DNA of 64,000 nt from Candidatus Omnitrophota bacterium (GTDB taxonomy: Bacteria > Omnitrophota > Gorgyraeia > Tantalellales > Tantalellaceae), in the NCBI GenBank assembly GCA_049643885.1, contig JBARQV010000029.1, positions 24,997 through 88,996 on the forward strand, given 5' to 3'. The notes beneath the pieces were generated by a model. It saw only the letters and a program-made list of their open reading frames with translations. It was not told the origin of the DNA and made no database searches. The position numbers and the translations under genes were made by a program. Each line of letters begins with the position of its first letter. The stretch's first letter is position 1. This document shows positions 9,920 through 18,069 of the stretch, piece after piece.

Positions 9920-10308
9920 CCTCGACGATATTCAGCTTCCACCGATGTGGTTATGCCGCCTCTGACGTTAAAAATACCTTTTACTTTTATCCAGTGCGGC
10001 TTGCAGCTCTTTACCAGGTCATCAAGCATCCTGTTGACGACATGTTCATGAAAAATACCGATACTCCTGAAAGCGACAAGATATTCTTTAAAGGATTTTA
10101 ATTCAACGCATGAAGCGTCCGGCGAATATTCGATGAATATACGCGCGAAATCAGGGAGTCCGGTCTTCGGGCATATGCAGGTGAATTCGGGCGTGTCGAA
10201 TCTTACTACATAATCCTTGTCCTTATATTTATTCTCCCAGGTATCTATTTTAGGAAGCTTGATCTTCCTGATATTTTCCTGCAGTCCTTTGTAACTTTTC
10301 TTTTTCAT
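9916..10308 (-). CDS. queF: NADPH-dependent 7-cyano-7-deazaguanine (preQ0) reductase, type I
   Basis: EFTCICPKTGLPDFA motif. The start is probably MKKKSYKG at 10308, which is preceded by GGAGG (the ORF track extends to 10356). Confidence 0.9.
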   Translation of the reverse strand: MKKKSYKGLQENIRKIKLPKIDTWENKYKDKDYVVRFDTPEFTCICPKTGLPDFARIFIEYSPDASCVELKSFKEYLVAFRSIGIFHEHVVNRMLDDLVKSCKPHWIKVKGIFNVRGGITTSVEAEYRRG

Positions 10309-10322
10309 GCTTCCGCTTTCCT

Positions 10323-10370
10323 CCACACTCTCCCGAGTGTGGTATCCATTCCCCACACGGAGGGGTGGGG
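10323..10370. repeat. Bipartite hairpin element, family 3 copy a: a variable 8-bp stem hairpin followed by GTATCCATTCCCCAC-loop-GTGGGG.
   Basis: The same architecture and conserved GTATCCATTCCCC core appear at 23913-23960. Both copies sit a few nt upstream of a start codon and overlap its SD. Confidence 0.6.
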
Positions 10371-11057
10371 TTATTTGATCCCCAGATCCTTATGAACCTG
10401 TCCAAGAACGATGACATCCCTGGCGGTCTCTTTTTTTATATAATCCCTGAAATATCCCGTCATCTCTTCATCTGGTTCCCTGACTCGGCCATCGACCGGA
10501 GTAACCGGCTGCAAGACCACGGTGACCTTCCCTTTAAGACGCCCGATTATCGATCCCATCCGTTTCACGTCGTCCATGGTAGTGCTGTCGGTAATGACGG
10601 CTTTAGTTATCAGTTCCTTCCGCGACGCTATTTCGGCGAACCTTCGATGCTCGTCCCACAGGGCTCTATTGCCGGTCGAGGACGGGAGTTTAAAATCCAT
10701 GGCTACTACATCCACTTTGTCGACGAGTTGCTCCATCTCGTCCGGTAGCGACCCGTTGGTCTCCAGATAAACGGGTTTGGGCCTGTGGGCCTTATAAAGG
10801 GAAATAAAGCCCTCCAGGAACTCACGGTATAACAACGGTTCCCCGCCGGTGAGGGCCAGTTCACTGTAATCATCACCGAAATCCAGGACCCGGCTGAAAA
10901 GCCCCTCCCGGGTAAGCGACTTATAGCTTTCCAGGATGGTATCGCAAAAAACACAACTTAAGTTGCAGCCGAAAAACCTCACAAAGAGCTGACGGCTCCC
11001 CACATACGGGCCTTCACCCTGGCATGACAAAAAAATCTCAGAAACTTTAGCCTGCAT
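10371..11057 (-). CDS. queE: 7-carboxy-7-deazaguanine synthase (radical SAM)
   Basis: N-terminus FLSCQGEG with a CxxxCxxC-type cluster motif FGCNLSCVFCDT. Confidence 0.9.
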   Translation of the reverse strand: MQAKVSEIFLSCQGEGPYVGSRQLFVRFFGCNLSCVFCDTILESYKSLTREGLFSRVLDFGDDYSELALTGGEPLLYREFLEGFISLYKAHRPKPVYLETNGSLPDEMEQLVDKVDVVAMDFKLPSSTGNRALWDEHRRFAEIASRKELITKAVITDSTTMDDVKRMGSIIGRLKGKVTVVLQPVTPVDGRVREPDEEMTGYFRDYIKKETARDVIVLGQVHKDLGIK

Positions 11058-11742
11058 TTTCGCCGGTCGTCGGTTGTCGGTCGTCGGTCGTTAAAGGATC
11101 GGGGACTCCTGCTTCCTTAAACGCTTTGGACCGGAACTGGCACGATTCACAAGTCCCGCAGGGGGCTTTACCGCCGCGGTAACAGGACCACGTGTACTCA
11201 AAAGGAACGCCCAGGGCCTGCCCTGTCTCGATTATCTCCCTTTTTGTCTTATCCAGTATCGGCGTCATGATCATGATCTCACGGCCTTCACTGCCGGATC
11301 TTGTCCCCTTCCGGACCGTTTCCCGGAAAGTTTCGAAAAAAGACCCGCGGCAATCCGGATAATTCGAAAAATCCAGCTGGTGGGCGCCGATGAACACCGC
11401 CTCTGCCCCGATGGATTCGGCCAGTGACACCCCGTAACTCAGGAAAATCATGTTCCTGGCCGGGACATATGTCGAAGGAATGTCTCCTCCCTGACTAACA
11501 GAGCCTTCGGGCACTTCCAAACTTTCATCTAAAAGAGCACTGCCCTTCCAGGGCAAAGATATCTTCAGGACATGATGATCACAGCCCGTTTTCTCGACTA
11601 TTTTTTTCGCGCATTCGATCTCTTTCGAAGCTTTCTGCCCATAGTCGAATATGAGAGCCCTGCACTCGTAGTCCTGTTTTGCGCTATAAAGCGTAACCGC
11701 GGAATCCATTCCGCCGGATAATAACACTACTGCTTTCTTCAT
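11047..11742 (-). CDS. queC: 7-cyano-7-deazaguanine synthase
   Basis: SGGMDS PP-loop motif and a C-terminal Zn-binding cysteine cluster. Confidence 0.9.
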   Translation of the reverse strand: MKKAVVLLSGGMDSAVTLYSAKQDYECRALIFDYGQKASKEIECAKKIVEKTGCDHHVLKISLPWKGSALLDESLEVPEGSVSQGGDIPSTYVPARNMIFLSYGVSLAESIGAEAVFIGAHQLDFSNYPDCRGSFFETFRETVRKGTRSGSEGREIMIMTPILDKTKREIIETGQALGVPFEYTWSCYRGGKAPCGTCESCQFRSKAFKEAGVPDPLTTDDRQPTTGENAG

Positions 11743-11745
11743 ATT

Positions 11746-12123
11746 CTAGTGTTCAGTGTAAGTCGCGGAAGAGGTATCCGTCTCCCAGACGGTCACCTCT
11801 TCAAGGTCCAGCCCAGGTCTTTTCCCCGACATTTTCTCATAAACATACCGGGCCAGGTTCTCTGACGTCGGGTTGACTTGCTTAAAAGGCTCTACCTCGT
11901 TTAAATATTTATGATCAAACTCAGCCAACGCTTCATTAAGCAGTTGCTTGAGTTCTTTGAAGTCCAGGACCATGCCCTGGCCATCAAGGTCTTCGGCACG
12001 CGCCACGGCTTCGACGCGCCAGTTATGGCCGTGCAGATCCTCGCACTTTCCCTTGTATCCTCTAAGATTGTGGGCGCTGCTGAAGCGTCCCTGGACTTTT
12101 ATCCTGTACATGGTTTTATTCAA
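11746..12123 (-). CDS. queD: 6-carboxy-5,6,7,8-tetrahydropterin synthase
   Basis: 125 aa with a CEDLHGHNW motif. Confidence 0.9.
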   Translation of the reverse strand: MNKTMYRIKVQGRFSSAHNLRGYKGKCEDLHGHNWRVEAVARAEDLDGQGMVLDFKELKQLLNEALAEFDHKYLNEVEPFKQVNPTSENLARYVYEKMSGKRPGLDLEEVTVWETDTSSATYTEH

Positions 12124-12652
12124 AATACTTTGAGGTCACGGCGTCCCACTTACCCTGCGCTTTCAGGAGAAAATCGCAGACTTCCCTGACAGCTCCCCGG
12201 CCGCCGTTTTTTTCCGTTACTAAATGAACGTAGGATTTGACATCGGCCATGGCATTAGGCGGGCATATCGCAAGACCCACGCGCTTCAAGACCGGGATGT
12301 CTATAACGTCATCTCCCACAAAGCAAATGGCCTCGTCGTCCACTTTGAACCTTTTTTTGATCATATTGAGGGCCTTGAACTTGTAATGAAAATTATGATA
12401 AACTTTATCGATCCTGAGGGCCCTCGCCCGGTTAATAACTGCCTGAGAAGCCTTTGCCGTAAGTATGACGCATTTCAGGCCGGCCCGCTTCACAAGGGTT
12501 ATTCCCAGGCCGTCATTGACATCAAAATTCTTAAACTCCTCCCCGTAATCACCGTACACCAGCCTGCCGTCTGTCAGGACGCCGTCCACGTCCAGTACAA
12601 GGAGTTTTATCTTCTTCGCCCGTTCTATGATCTCAGGTAGATTCTTACCCAT
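12116..12652 (-). CDS. kdsC: 3-deoxy-D-manno-octulosonate 8-phosphate phosphatase (HAD)
   Basis: 178 aa with the LVLDVDGVLTDG HAD motif, within the kds cluster. Confidence 0.85.
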   Translation of the reverse strand: MGKNLPEIIERAKKIKLLVLDVDGVLTDGRLVYGDYGEEFKNFDVNDGLGITLVKRAGLKCVILTAKASQAVINRARALRIDKVYHNFHYKFKALNMIKKRFKVDDEAICFVGDDVIDIPVLKRVGLAICPPNAMADVKSYVHLVTEKNGGRGAVREVCDFLLKAQGKWDAVTSKYFE

Positions 12653-12702
12653 TTGTAACCCTTCCTAGTATCAAAGTATCATCAAATTCTGACACCCTGA
12701 CG

Positions 12703-13662
12703 CTACACCAGTCCCGCCTTGAGTATATCCTGGACATCCAGCAGTCCGATCGGCCGCCCTTTCCTGTCAACAACAGGGATCTCGTCGATCTTCCTGTCCC
12801 TTAGCATCTCAAAAGCTTCCGCCGCGAGGCGGTCTCCTGTAATAGATACCGGGGTCTTGGTCATGACATCACTTACCTTCCGGTTAAGAAGATCTCCACC
12901 TTCTTTAAAATGCCTCCGCAGGTCACCGTCGGTAAAGATCCCTATCAGTTTGCCTTTCAAGTCGACTACAGTCGCGCTGCCGGCACGGAATCTTGTTATC
13001 TTGAGAAGCACGTCTTTTACCTTCGCGCTTTCCCTGATGATCGGCGTCTTTGTCTTGGGCCTCATGATGTCTTCGACCTTTAAAAGAAGCCTTTTCCCGA
13101 GCGTGCCGCCGGGATGGAATAACGCAAAATCCTTAGGCTGAAACTTCTTCTTCTCAAGAAGAGCTATTGCCAACGCGTCGCCGAGAGCCAGCATTACCGT
13201 GGTCGATGTTGTCGGCGCCAGGCCCATCGGGCACGCCTCCCTGTCGACCGAACTGTCTAGGACATAATCGCTGTTCCTTGCCAGGGCGGAATTTTTGTTC
13301 CCGGTCACCGCTATAAGTTTGGCCCCTATCTTTTTGATTATTGGTATCAGCTTCACTACTTCTTCCGTCTCCCCGCTGTTTGAAAGAGCAAGGATGACAT
13401 CGTCTTTGGTCACCCGCCCAAGGTCGCCGTGAAGCGCCTCGGCCGGATGTAGATAAAGCGAAGGGGTCCCCGTTGAGGACATAGTGGCGGATATCTTCTG
13501 CGCAATGAACCCGGGTTTTCCCATTCCGGTAACGATGACCCGGCCATCGTTCTTGGCCAGGAGCCTGACGACCCTGGCAAAGGTCCCGTCCACTCGGCCG
13601 GCAAGTTTTGCGATGGCTTTGCTTTCGTTGATCAGAACTCTTTTGGCACTGGAAATACTCAT
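12703..13662 (-). CDS. kdsD: Arabinose-5-phosphate isomerase (SIS plus tandem CBS)
   Basis: 319 aa with an SIS domain (VTGMGKPGFIAQK) and C-terminal CBS pairs. Confidence 0.9.
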   Translation of the reverse strand: MSISSAKRVLINESKAIAKLAGRVDGTFARVVRLLAKNDGRVIVTGMGKPGFIAQKISATMSSTGTPSLYLHPAEALHGDLGRVTKDDVILALSNSGETEEVVKLIPIIKKIGAKLIAVTGNKNSALARNSDYVLDSSVDREACPMGLAPTTSTTVMLALGDALAIALLEKKKFQPKDFALFHPGGTLGKRLLLKVEDIMRPKTKTPIIRESAKVKDVLLKITRFRAGSATVVDLKGKLIGIFTDGDLRRHFKEGGDLLNRKVSDVMTKTPVSITGDRLAAEAFEMLRDRKIDEIPVVDRKGRPIGLLDVQDILKAGLV

Positions 13663-13664
13663 GG

Positions 13665-14525
13665 CTACCTTGCCACCTTCTCAAGTTTTTTGACCTGGAC
13701 TATAAGATCTTCCAGTTCATTTAATCCGAGCATATTAGGCCCGTCACTCATGGCCTTGCCCGGATCTTCGTGCACTTCCACGAATAGCGCATCCGATCCG
13801 CATGCTACCGCGGCTTTTGAAAGAGGCAGGATATACTGCGCTTCTCCTCCGCTGGAGGTGCCCCTGCCGCCGGGTTTCTGGACTGAATGCGTCGCATCAT
13901 ACACGACAGGGTAACCCGTCTCTCCCATTATGACTATCGACCTGAAATCAGTTACCAGCGTGTTATATCCAAAACTCGTGCCCCTTTCGGTAAGGAGAAT
14001 GCTGCGGTTTCCGGTCGACTCTATCTTCTCGATGACATTGCTCATCTCATCAGGCGACATAAATTGCCCCTTCTTAACGTTCACCGGTTTGCCGGTAGAA
14101 GCAGCTTTAACGATAAGATCGGTCTGCCGGCATAAAAAAGCCGGGATCTGCAGGCAATCCAGGACTTCCGCGGCTCTCTCCACCTCTTCCACGGAATGGA
14201 CGTCGCTCAAGACCGGCACGCCCAGCTCCTCGCGTACTCCCGACAGGATCTTGAGTCCTTTTTTTAGTCCGGGTCCCCTGTAAGATCCTATTGAAGAACG
14301 GTTGGCTTTATCATAACTGGATTTATAGATGAAGGGAATGCCCAGCTTGCCGGTTATTTCCTTCAATCTTCTGGCATGCTCCAGAGCGCTTTCCTCAGAC
14401 TCGATAACGCAAGGACCGGCTATTAAAGCCAGTGGCTTTCCCTTCCCGATCGTTACGTTCCCTATCTTTACCGTTTTTCCTTCCATCCTATCCTCCAGCA
14501 TCCAGTATCTAACTACCCTCGCCAC
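13665..14525 (-). CDS. kdsA: 2-dehydro-3-deoxyphosphooctonate aldolase (KDO8P synthase)
   Basis: GPCVIESEE motif. The true start may be MEGKTVKIGNV, 39 nt downstream of the ORF-track start. Confidence 0.9.
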   Translation of the reverse strand: MARVVRYWMLEDRMEGKTVKIGNVTIGKGKPLALIAGPCVIESEESALEHARRLKEITGKLGIPFIYKSSYDKANRSSIGSYRGPGLKKGLKILSGVREELGVPVLSDVHSVEEVERAAEVLDCLQIPAFLCRQTDLIVKAASTGKPVNVKKGQFMSPDEMSNVIEKIESTGNRSILLTERGTSFGYNTLVTDFRSIVIMGETGYPVVYDATHSVQKPGGRGTSSGGEAQYILPLSKAAVACGSDALFVEVHEDPGKAMSDGPNMLGLNELEDLIVQVKKLEKVAR

Positions 14526-15291
14526 TCGTGCGCATTATCTCCTTTACCTTCTCCAGATCCTCCGGGGTATCGACACCGATGGTATCATATCTCGTTTCAA
14601 CAGTCCTTATCTTATACCCGTGTTCCAGTACGCGCAGCTGCTCCAAACCTTCTTCTACTTCCAGCGTGGATTTCGGAAAATTGGTGAAGGTCAGAAGAAA
14701 ATCCTTCGTGTACGCGTAAAGGCCTATGTGCTTGAAATAACTCCCGCTGACATTTTCAAGATCGGCGGAAAAAGCTTCGCCCTCAGGTTCTTTCTCGCTG
14801 CGCCTGATAAAAGGTATCGAGCTTCTTGAAAAATATATAGCAAATCCTTTCCTGTCTATGACGACTTTTACTACATTAGGATCGGTGATCTCTTCTTTAT
14901 TGTGGATCCTCTTTATCAAAGTAGCCATCTGGACATTGCGTTCATACTCAAAGACCTGTGCCAGTTCGTCGATCATCATGGGGTGGATCAGAGGTTCATC
15001 TGCCTGGACATTGATGAACACGTCAGCGTCTATCGACCTTGCGACCTCAGCCACTCTATCGGTCCCGGAAGGTTCTTCCTGAGAAGTAAAAACCGCTTTT
15101 CCACCAAAAGCCTCAACGGCCTTGAAAACCTTCTCTTTGTCCACGGCCACGATAACATCATCGACGTCATGAGCCTGCCTGACCCTTTCCCAGACATGCT
15201 GGACCATGGGCTTCCCGTTTATGTCCGCCAGGACCTTGCCTTTAAACCTGGTTGAATCCCATCTTGCCGGTATGACCGCGATGATCTTCAT
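14509..15291 (-). CDS. kdsB: 3-deoxy-manno-octulosonate cytidylyltransferase (CMP-Kdo synthetase)
   Basis: N-terminus MKIIAVIPARWDSTRFKGK. Confidence 0.9.
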   Translation of the reverse strand: MKIIAVIPARWDSTRFKGKVLADINGKPMVQHVWERVRQAHDVDDVIVAVDKEKVFKAVEAFGGKAVFTSQEEPSGTDRVAEVARSIDADVFINVQADEPLIHPMMIDELAQVFEYERNVQMATLIKRIHNKEEITDPNVVKVVIDRKGFAIYFSRSSIPFIRRSEKEPEGEAFSADLENVSGSYFKHIGLYAYTKDFLLTFTNFPKSTLEVEEGLEQLRVLEHGYKIRTVETRYDTIGVDTPEDLEKVKEIMRTSGEGS

Positions 15292-16295
15292 TTTTTCACC
15301 CTTCCCGTCTCTTGCTTTAATTTGCTTAAAAGCTCGCTTTTATTCACTACCGCGGTGCCGACCCTGCCGACAACGATTCCCGCGGCGCAATTCGCGATGT
15401 GAGCGGCAAGAAGAGGCGAACCGCCGCTTACGACCGACAACGCATATGTGGCAATGACGGTATCGCCTGCACCGGAAACATCAAACACTTCCTGGGCTAC
15501 CGTGGGGATCTTGTAGGGTTTTTTCTCTTTTTCAAAAAGCATCATACCTTCTTCTCCCAAGGTGATAAGGACCACATCGGACTTTAGTTTCTTGAGAAGT
15601 TTTTCTCCCGCCTTTTTTATGGCTTGATCGCTGCTAAGCGGAAAACCCACGACTTTCTCGGCTTCGTGGCGGTTAGGCGTGACTACGCTGACCTTCTTGT
15701 AATAGGAAAAATGGTTCTCTTTCGGGTCGACCGCTACAACCTTACCATGCCTCTTGGCCAGAGGTATGATCTTTCCAAGCAATGGCGCGGTAATAAGCCC
15801 TTTCCCGTAGTCTTCGATGATCAACCCGTCGATATCGTGTATCTTCTGCCTGACATGATCTTCGATCTTTCCGGCGATGTTCCAGGAAAGAGCATCGATG
15901 CTTTCCCTGTCGATCCTCACCACCTGCTGGTGATGGCCGATAACCCGGGTCTTGAGGGTGGTGGGCCTTCTCTTGTCAGAAATGACCCCGCCCGTATCGA
16001 TATTCCTTTCCTTGAGCAGGTCCATCAACTTGTCAGCCTTCTCGTCCTCACCTACGATCCCGACGATCGAGACCCGGGCGTCCAGAGCCGCCAGGTTATT
16101 GGCAACGTTACAGGCGCCGCCCGGCATGAAATCTTCTCTTTTTACCCATACCACGGGAACCGGCGCTTCAGGCGAAATGCGGGAAACCTCGCCCCAGATG
16201 AACTGGTCCAAAAGAAGGTCCCCGATCACCATAACCCTTTTCCCGGAAAACCTTTTTACAATATTCGCTAAAGTGGAATAATTAAACCGCTTCAC
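15288..16295 (-). CDS. hldE: D-glycero-beta-D-manno-heptose-7-phosphate kinase (RfaE domain I only, PfkB fold). GTG start.
   Basis: Ribokinase-like GAGD motif with RfaE1-type sequence, and no adenylyltransferase domain. The start is GTG, preceded by GGGAGGGG. Confidence 0.8.
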   Translation of the reverse strand: MKRFNYSTLANIVKRFSGKRVMVIGDLLLDQFIWGEVSRISPEAPVPVVWVKREDFMPGGACNVANNLAALDARVSIVGIVGEDEKADKLMDLLKERNIDTGGVISDKRRPTTLKTRVIGHHQQVVRIDRESIDALSWNIAGKIEDHVRQKIHDIDGLIIEDYGKGLITAPLLGKIIPLAKRHGKVVAVDPKENHFSYYKKVSVVTPNRHEAEKVVGFPLSSDQAIKKAGEKLLKKLKSDVVLITLGEEGMMLFEKEKKPYKIPTVAQEVFDVSGAGDTVIATYALSVVSGGSPLLAAHIANCAAGIVVGRVGTAVVNKSELLSKLKQETGRVKK

Positions 16296-16377
16296 CGGTT
16301 ACACCCCTCCCATATTATGTTTGTTTATGCCATAACATATAGCAAGCGGGTATTTTATCACGCATTCAAACATGATG

Positions 16378-16698
16378 TCAAAGATGTTTTTCCATCTTGG
16401 AAACAAGATCCGCTTTGGGGACCGCTCCCGTTATTTTTTCCACGATTTCGCCGTTCTTGAAGATCGCCAGCGTCGGTATGCTCATGACCTGGTACAGAGA
16501 AGCCGTGAGCCTGGCTTCGTCAACGTTCAGCTTGCAGACCTTGAACTTGCCGTTATATTCTTCGGCTATCTCCCCTATGACAGGGGCGATCATGCGGCAG
16601 GGCATGCACCAATCCGCCCAAAAATCCACCAGAACAGGAACTTCCGCTTCCAGCACTTCCTGTTTGAAATTCGTATCATCGACTATTACTTCCGACAT
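16378..16698 (-). CDS. trxA: Thioredoxin with the variant active site WCMPC
   Basis: 106 aa with a thioredoxin fold. I read the active site [14 protein letters not shown] directly from the codons. Confidence 0.85.
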   Translation of the reverse strand: MSEVIVDDTNFKQEVLEAEVPVLVDFWADWCMPCRMIAPVIGEIAEEYNGKFKVCKLNVDEARLTASLYQVMSIPTLAIFKNGEIVEKITGAVPKADLVSKMEKHL

Positions 16699-16720
16699 CC
16701 TACTCTCCTTCTGTTCGAGA

Positions 16721-17752
16721 TTATTTTTCCATTATTTTTGATACTGCCTCTACGGCATCCTCGACGGAAACCGCGCTGAGGCATTTGAAACCTTTGTCGC
16801 AATAATGCGCTAGGCATTTTTCACAGCCAACGTCTTTATGCAAAACCACGTCCCTGTCCCCCATCGGCCCCCACCTTTTCGGCGAAAGTCCTGGATCTTT
16901 CCTGCCGAATATGACAACGACCGGGGTATTCACGGCCACACTTACATGCACCGGACCGGAATCATTGGATATGAACACACTGCACCTGGAAAGAAGCTCG
17001 GCAAGTTCCCCTATCCTCAGCATCCCGGTCAGGTCCACAGCTTTGCTTCTCATGTTAGATAAGACCGACTTGCTGAACTCCTCGGTCTGGTCACCCCCGA
17101 CAATGACTATGCGGCAACCGTACTTACCGGCGAGAACATCCGCGACTTCGGCGAATCTTTCCGGCATCCACCTTTTTGAAGGACAACTGGCACCAGGGTG
17201 TATGGCAATAAGCGTCCCGTTTATGCCGGAATCCCTGAAAACCGAATCTACAAGACGCTTATCGCTTTCGGACATGGTCATATACGGCTTGCGGACCGCT
17301 CCCGAAACATCGAACCCGGCTTTTTCTAAAAGGTCAAAATTATAATCTACTTCGTGCCTTGCGCCACCCTGTTTGATGTGTCCGATCCGCCGGGTCAGCA
17401 TCCATCCCAGTTTCCGGTCGTAACCTATCCTTACCGGGATGCCGGCCAGAAGCATCATCACATGGACCCTGTTGGTCGGGTGAAGGGCTATACCGATATC
17501 GAACTTTTTCTTCCGGAGTTGCAGCGCGAATTTTACCGTGCTCCAGAAACTCTTCTGCAGTCCGTATTTATCATACAATATCACTTCGTCAAGATGGGGA
17601 TTATTAGCGACCAGATCCCTGTTTTCAGGCCTTACCATGAATGCTATGTGCGCGCCGGGAAACAACTTACGCATATGGCGTATCACTGGCGTGGAGAGAA
17701 CGACGTCCCCTAACCTGTCAGTCCTTGTGATCAATATCTTTTTCGGCTTCAT
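16721..17752 (-). CDS. ADP-heptose:LPS heptosyltransferase (GT9)
   Basis: GT9 family, as in WaaC/WaaF/WaaQ. The start is probably MMKPKKILI. The ORF track extends 21 nt into the upstream repeat, to 17773. Confidence 0.8.
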   Translation of the reverse strand: MKPKKILITRTDRLGDVVLSTPVIRHMRKLFPGAHIAFMVRPENRDLVANNPHLDEVILYDKYGLQKSFWSTVKFALQLRKKKFDIGIALHPTNRVHVMMLLAGIPVRIGYDRKLGWMLTRRIGHIKQGGARHEVDYNFDLLEKAGFDVSGAVRKPYMTMSESDKRLVDSVFRDSGINGTLIAIHPGASCPSKRWMPERFAEVADVLAGKYGCRIVIVGGDQTEEFSKSVLSNMRSKAVDLTGMLRIGELAELLSRCSVFISNDSGPVHVSVAVNTPVVVIFGRKDPGLSPKRWGPMGDRDVVLHKDVGCEKCLAHYCDKGFKCLSAVSVEDAVEAVSKIMEK

Positions 17753-17776
17753 CATAAACTTAACATCCAGCATCCA

Positions 17777-17866
17777 GTGTGCGGGTCCTGTCGCTCAGTG
17801 CCCTGCGCGCCTCCGCGCCACTGGCTTGTGCGATGCTCGGACACTGTAGCGCCACCCGCCCCCACG
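17777..17866. repeat. GC-rich structured element, family 1 copy 1 (about 90 bp), in the 5' leader of a GT9 gene.
   Basis: About 90% identical to 19578-19665. It has an imperfect long dyad (GCGGGT...CAGTG/CACTG...ACCCGC) around an internal GCGCG-GAG-GCGCGC stem. Confidence 0.7.
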
Positions 17867-17873
17867 AATCCAA

Positions 17874-17902
17874 ATTCTAAACAATACCAAATTTCTATAC
17901 AA
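17874..17902 (-). promoter_or_regulatory. Candidate sigma-70 promoter TTGTAT-N17-TAGAAT, read on the minus strand, that would transcribe repeat copy 1 as the 5' leader of the GT9 gene.
   Basis: Hexamers and spacing read from the sequence. I have no expression evidence. Confidence 0.35.
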
Positions 17903-18069
17903 AGGTCATCAGGGAATCAGATTACCAGGAAGCAGGATTCTGGATATCAGGCAAGAATTCTTCCTAATAAACTGATCATCTGATATCCTGCCCCCTGATA
18001 CACTGTTAACCTGATATCCCATTTTATATCCAATATCCGCTATCTGTCTTCTGCCTTCTGTCTTCTGAA
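17903..18069. promoter_or_regulatory. Repeat-rich noncoding region: three CCTGATATCC/GGATATCAGG motifs, an AAGAATTCTT palindrome, and the direct repeat CAGAAGACAGA x2 when read on the minus strand.
   Basis: Seen in the sequence. A noncoding gap of about 165 bp is large for this compact region. Confidence 0.3.

Noticed and set aside
10309-10370. Possible preQ1 riboswitch upstream of queF
   Set aside because: The sequence does not match the preQ1-I hairpin plus A-rich tail that I remember, and I could not fit preQ1-II or preQ1-III by eye. The same element type also occurs upstream of an unrelated glycosyltransferase at 23913-23960. I therefore treat it as a general intercistronic structure (finding 3), not a ligand-specific riboswitch.
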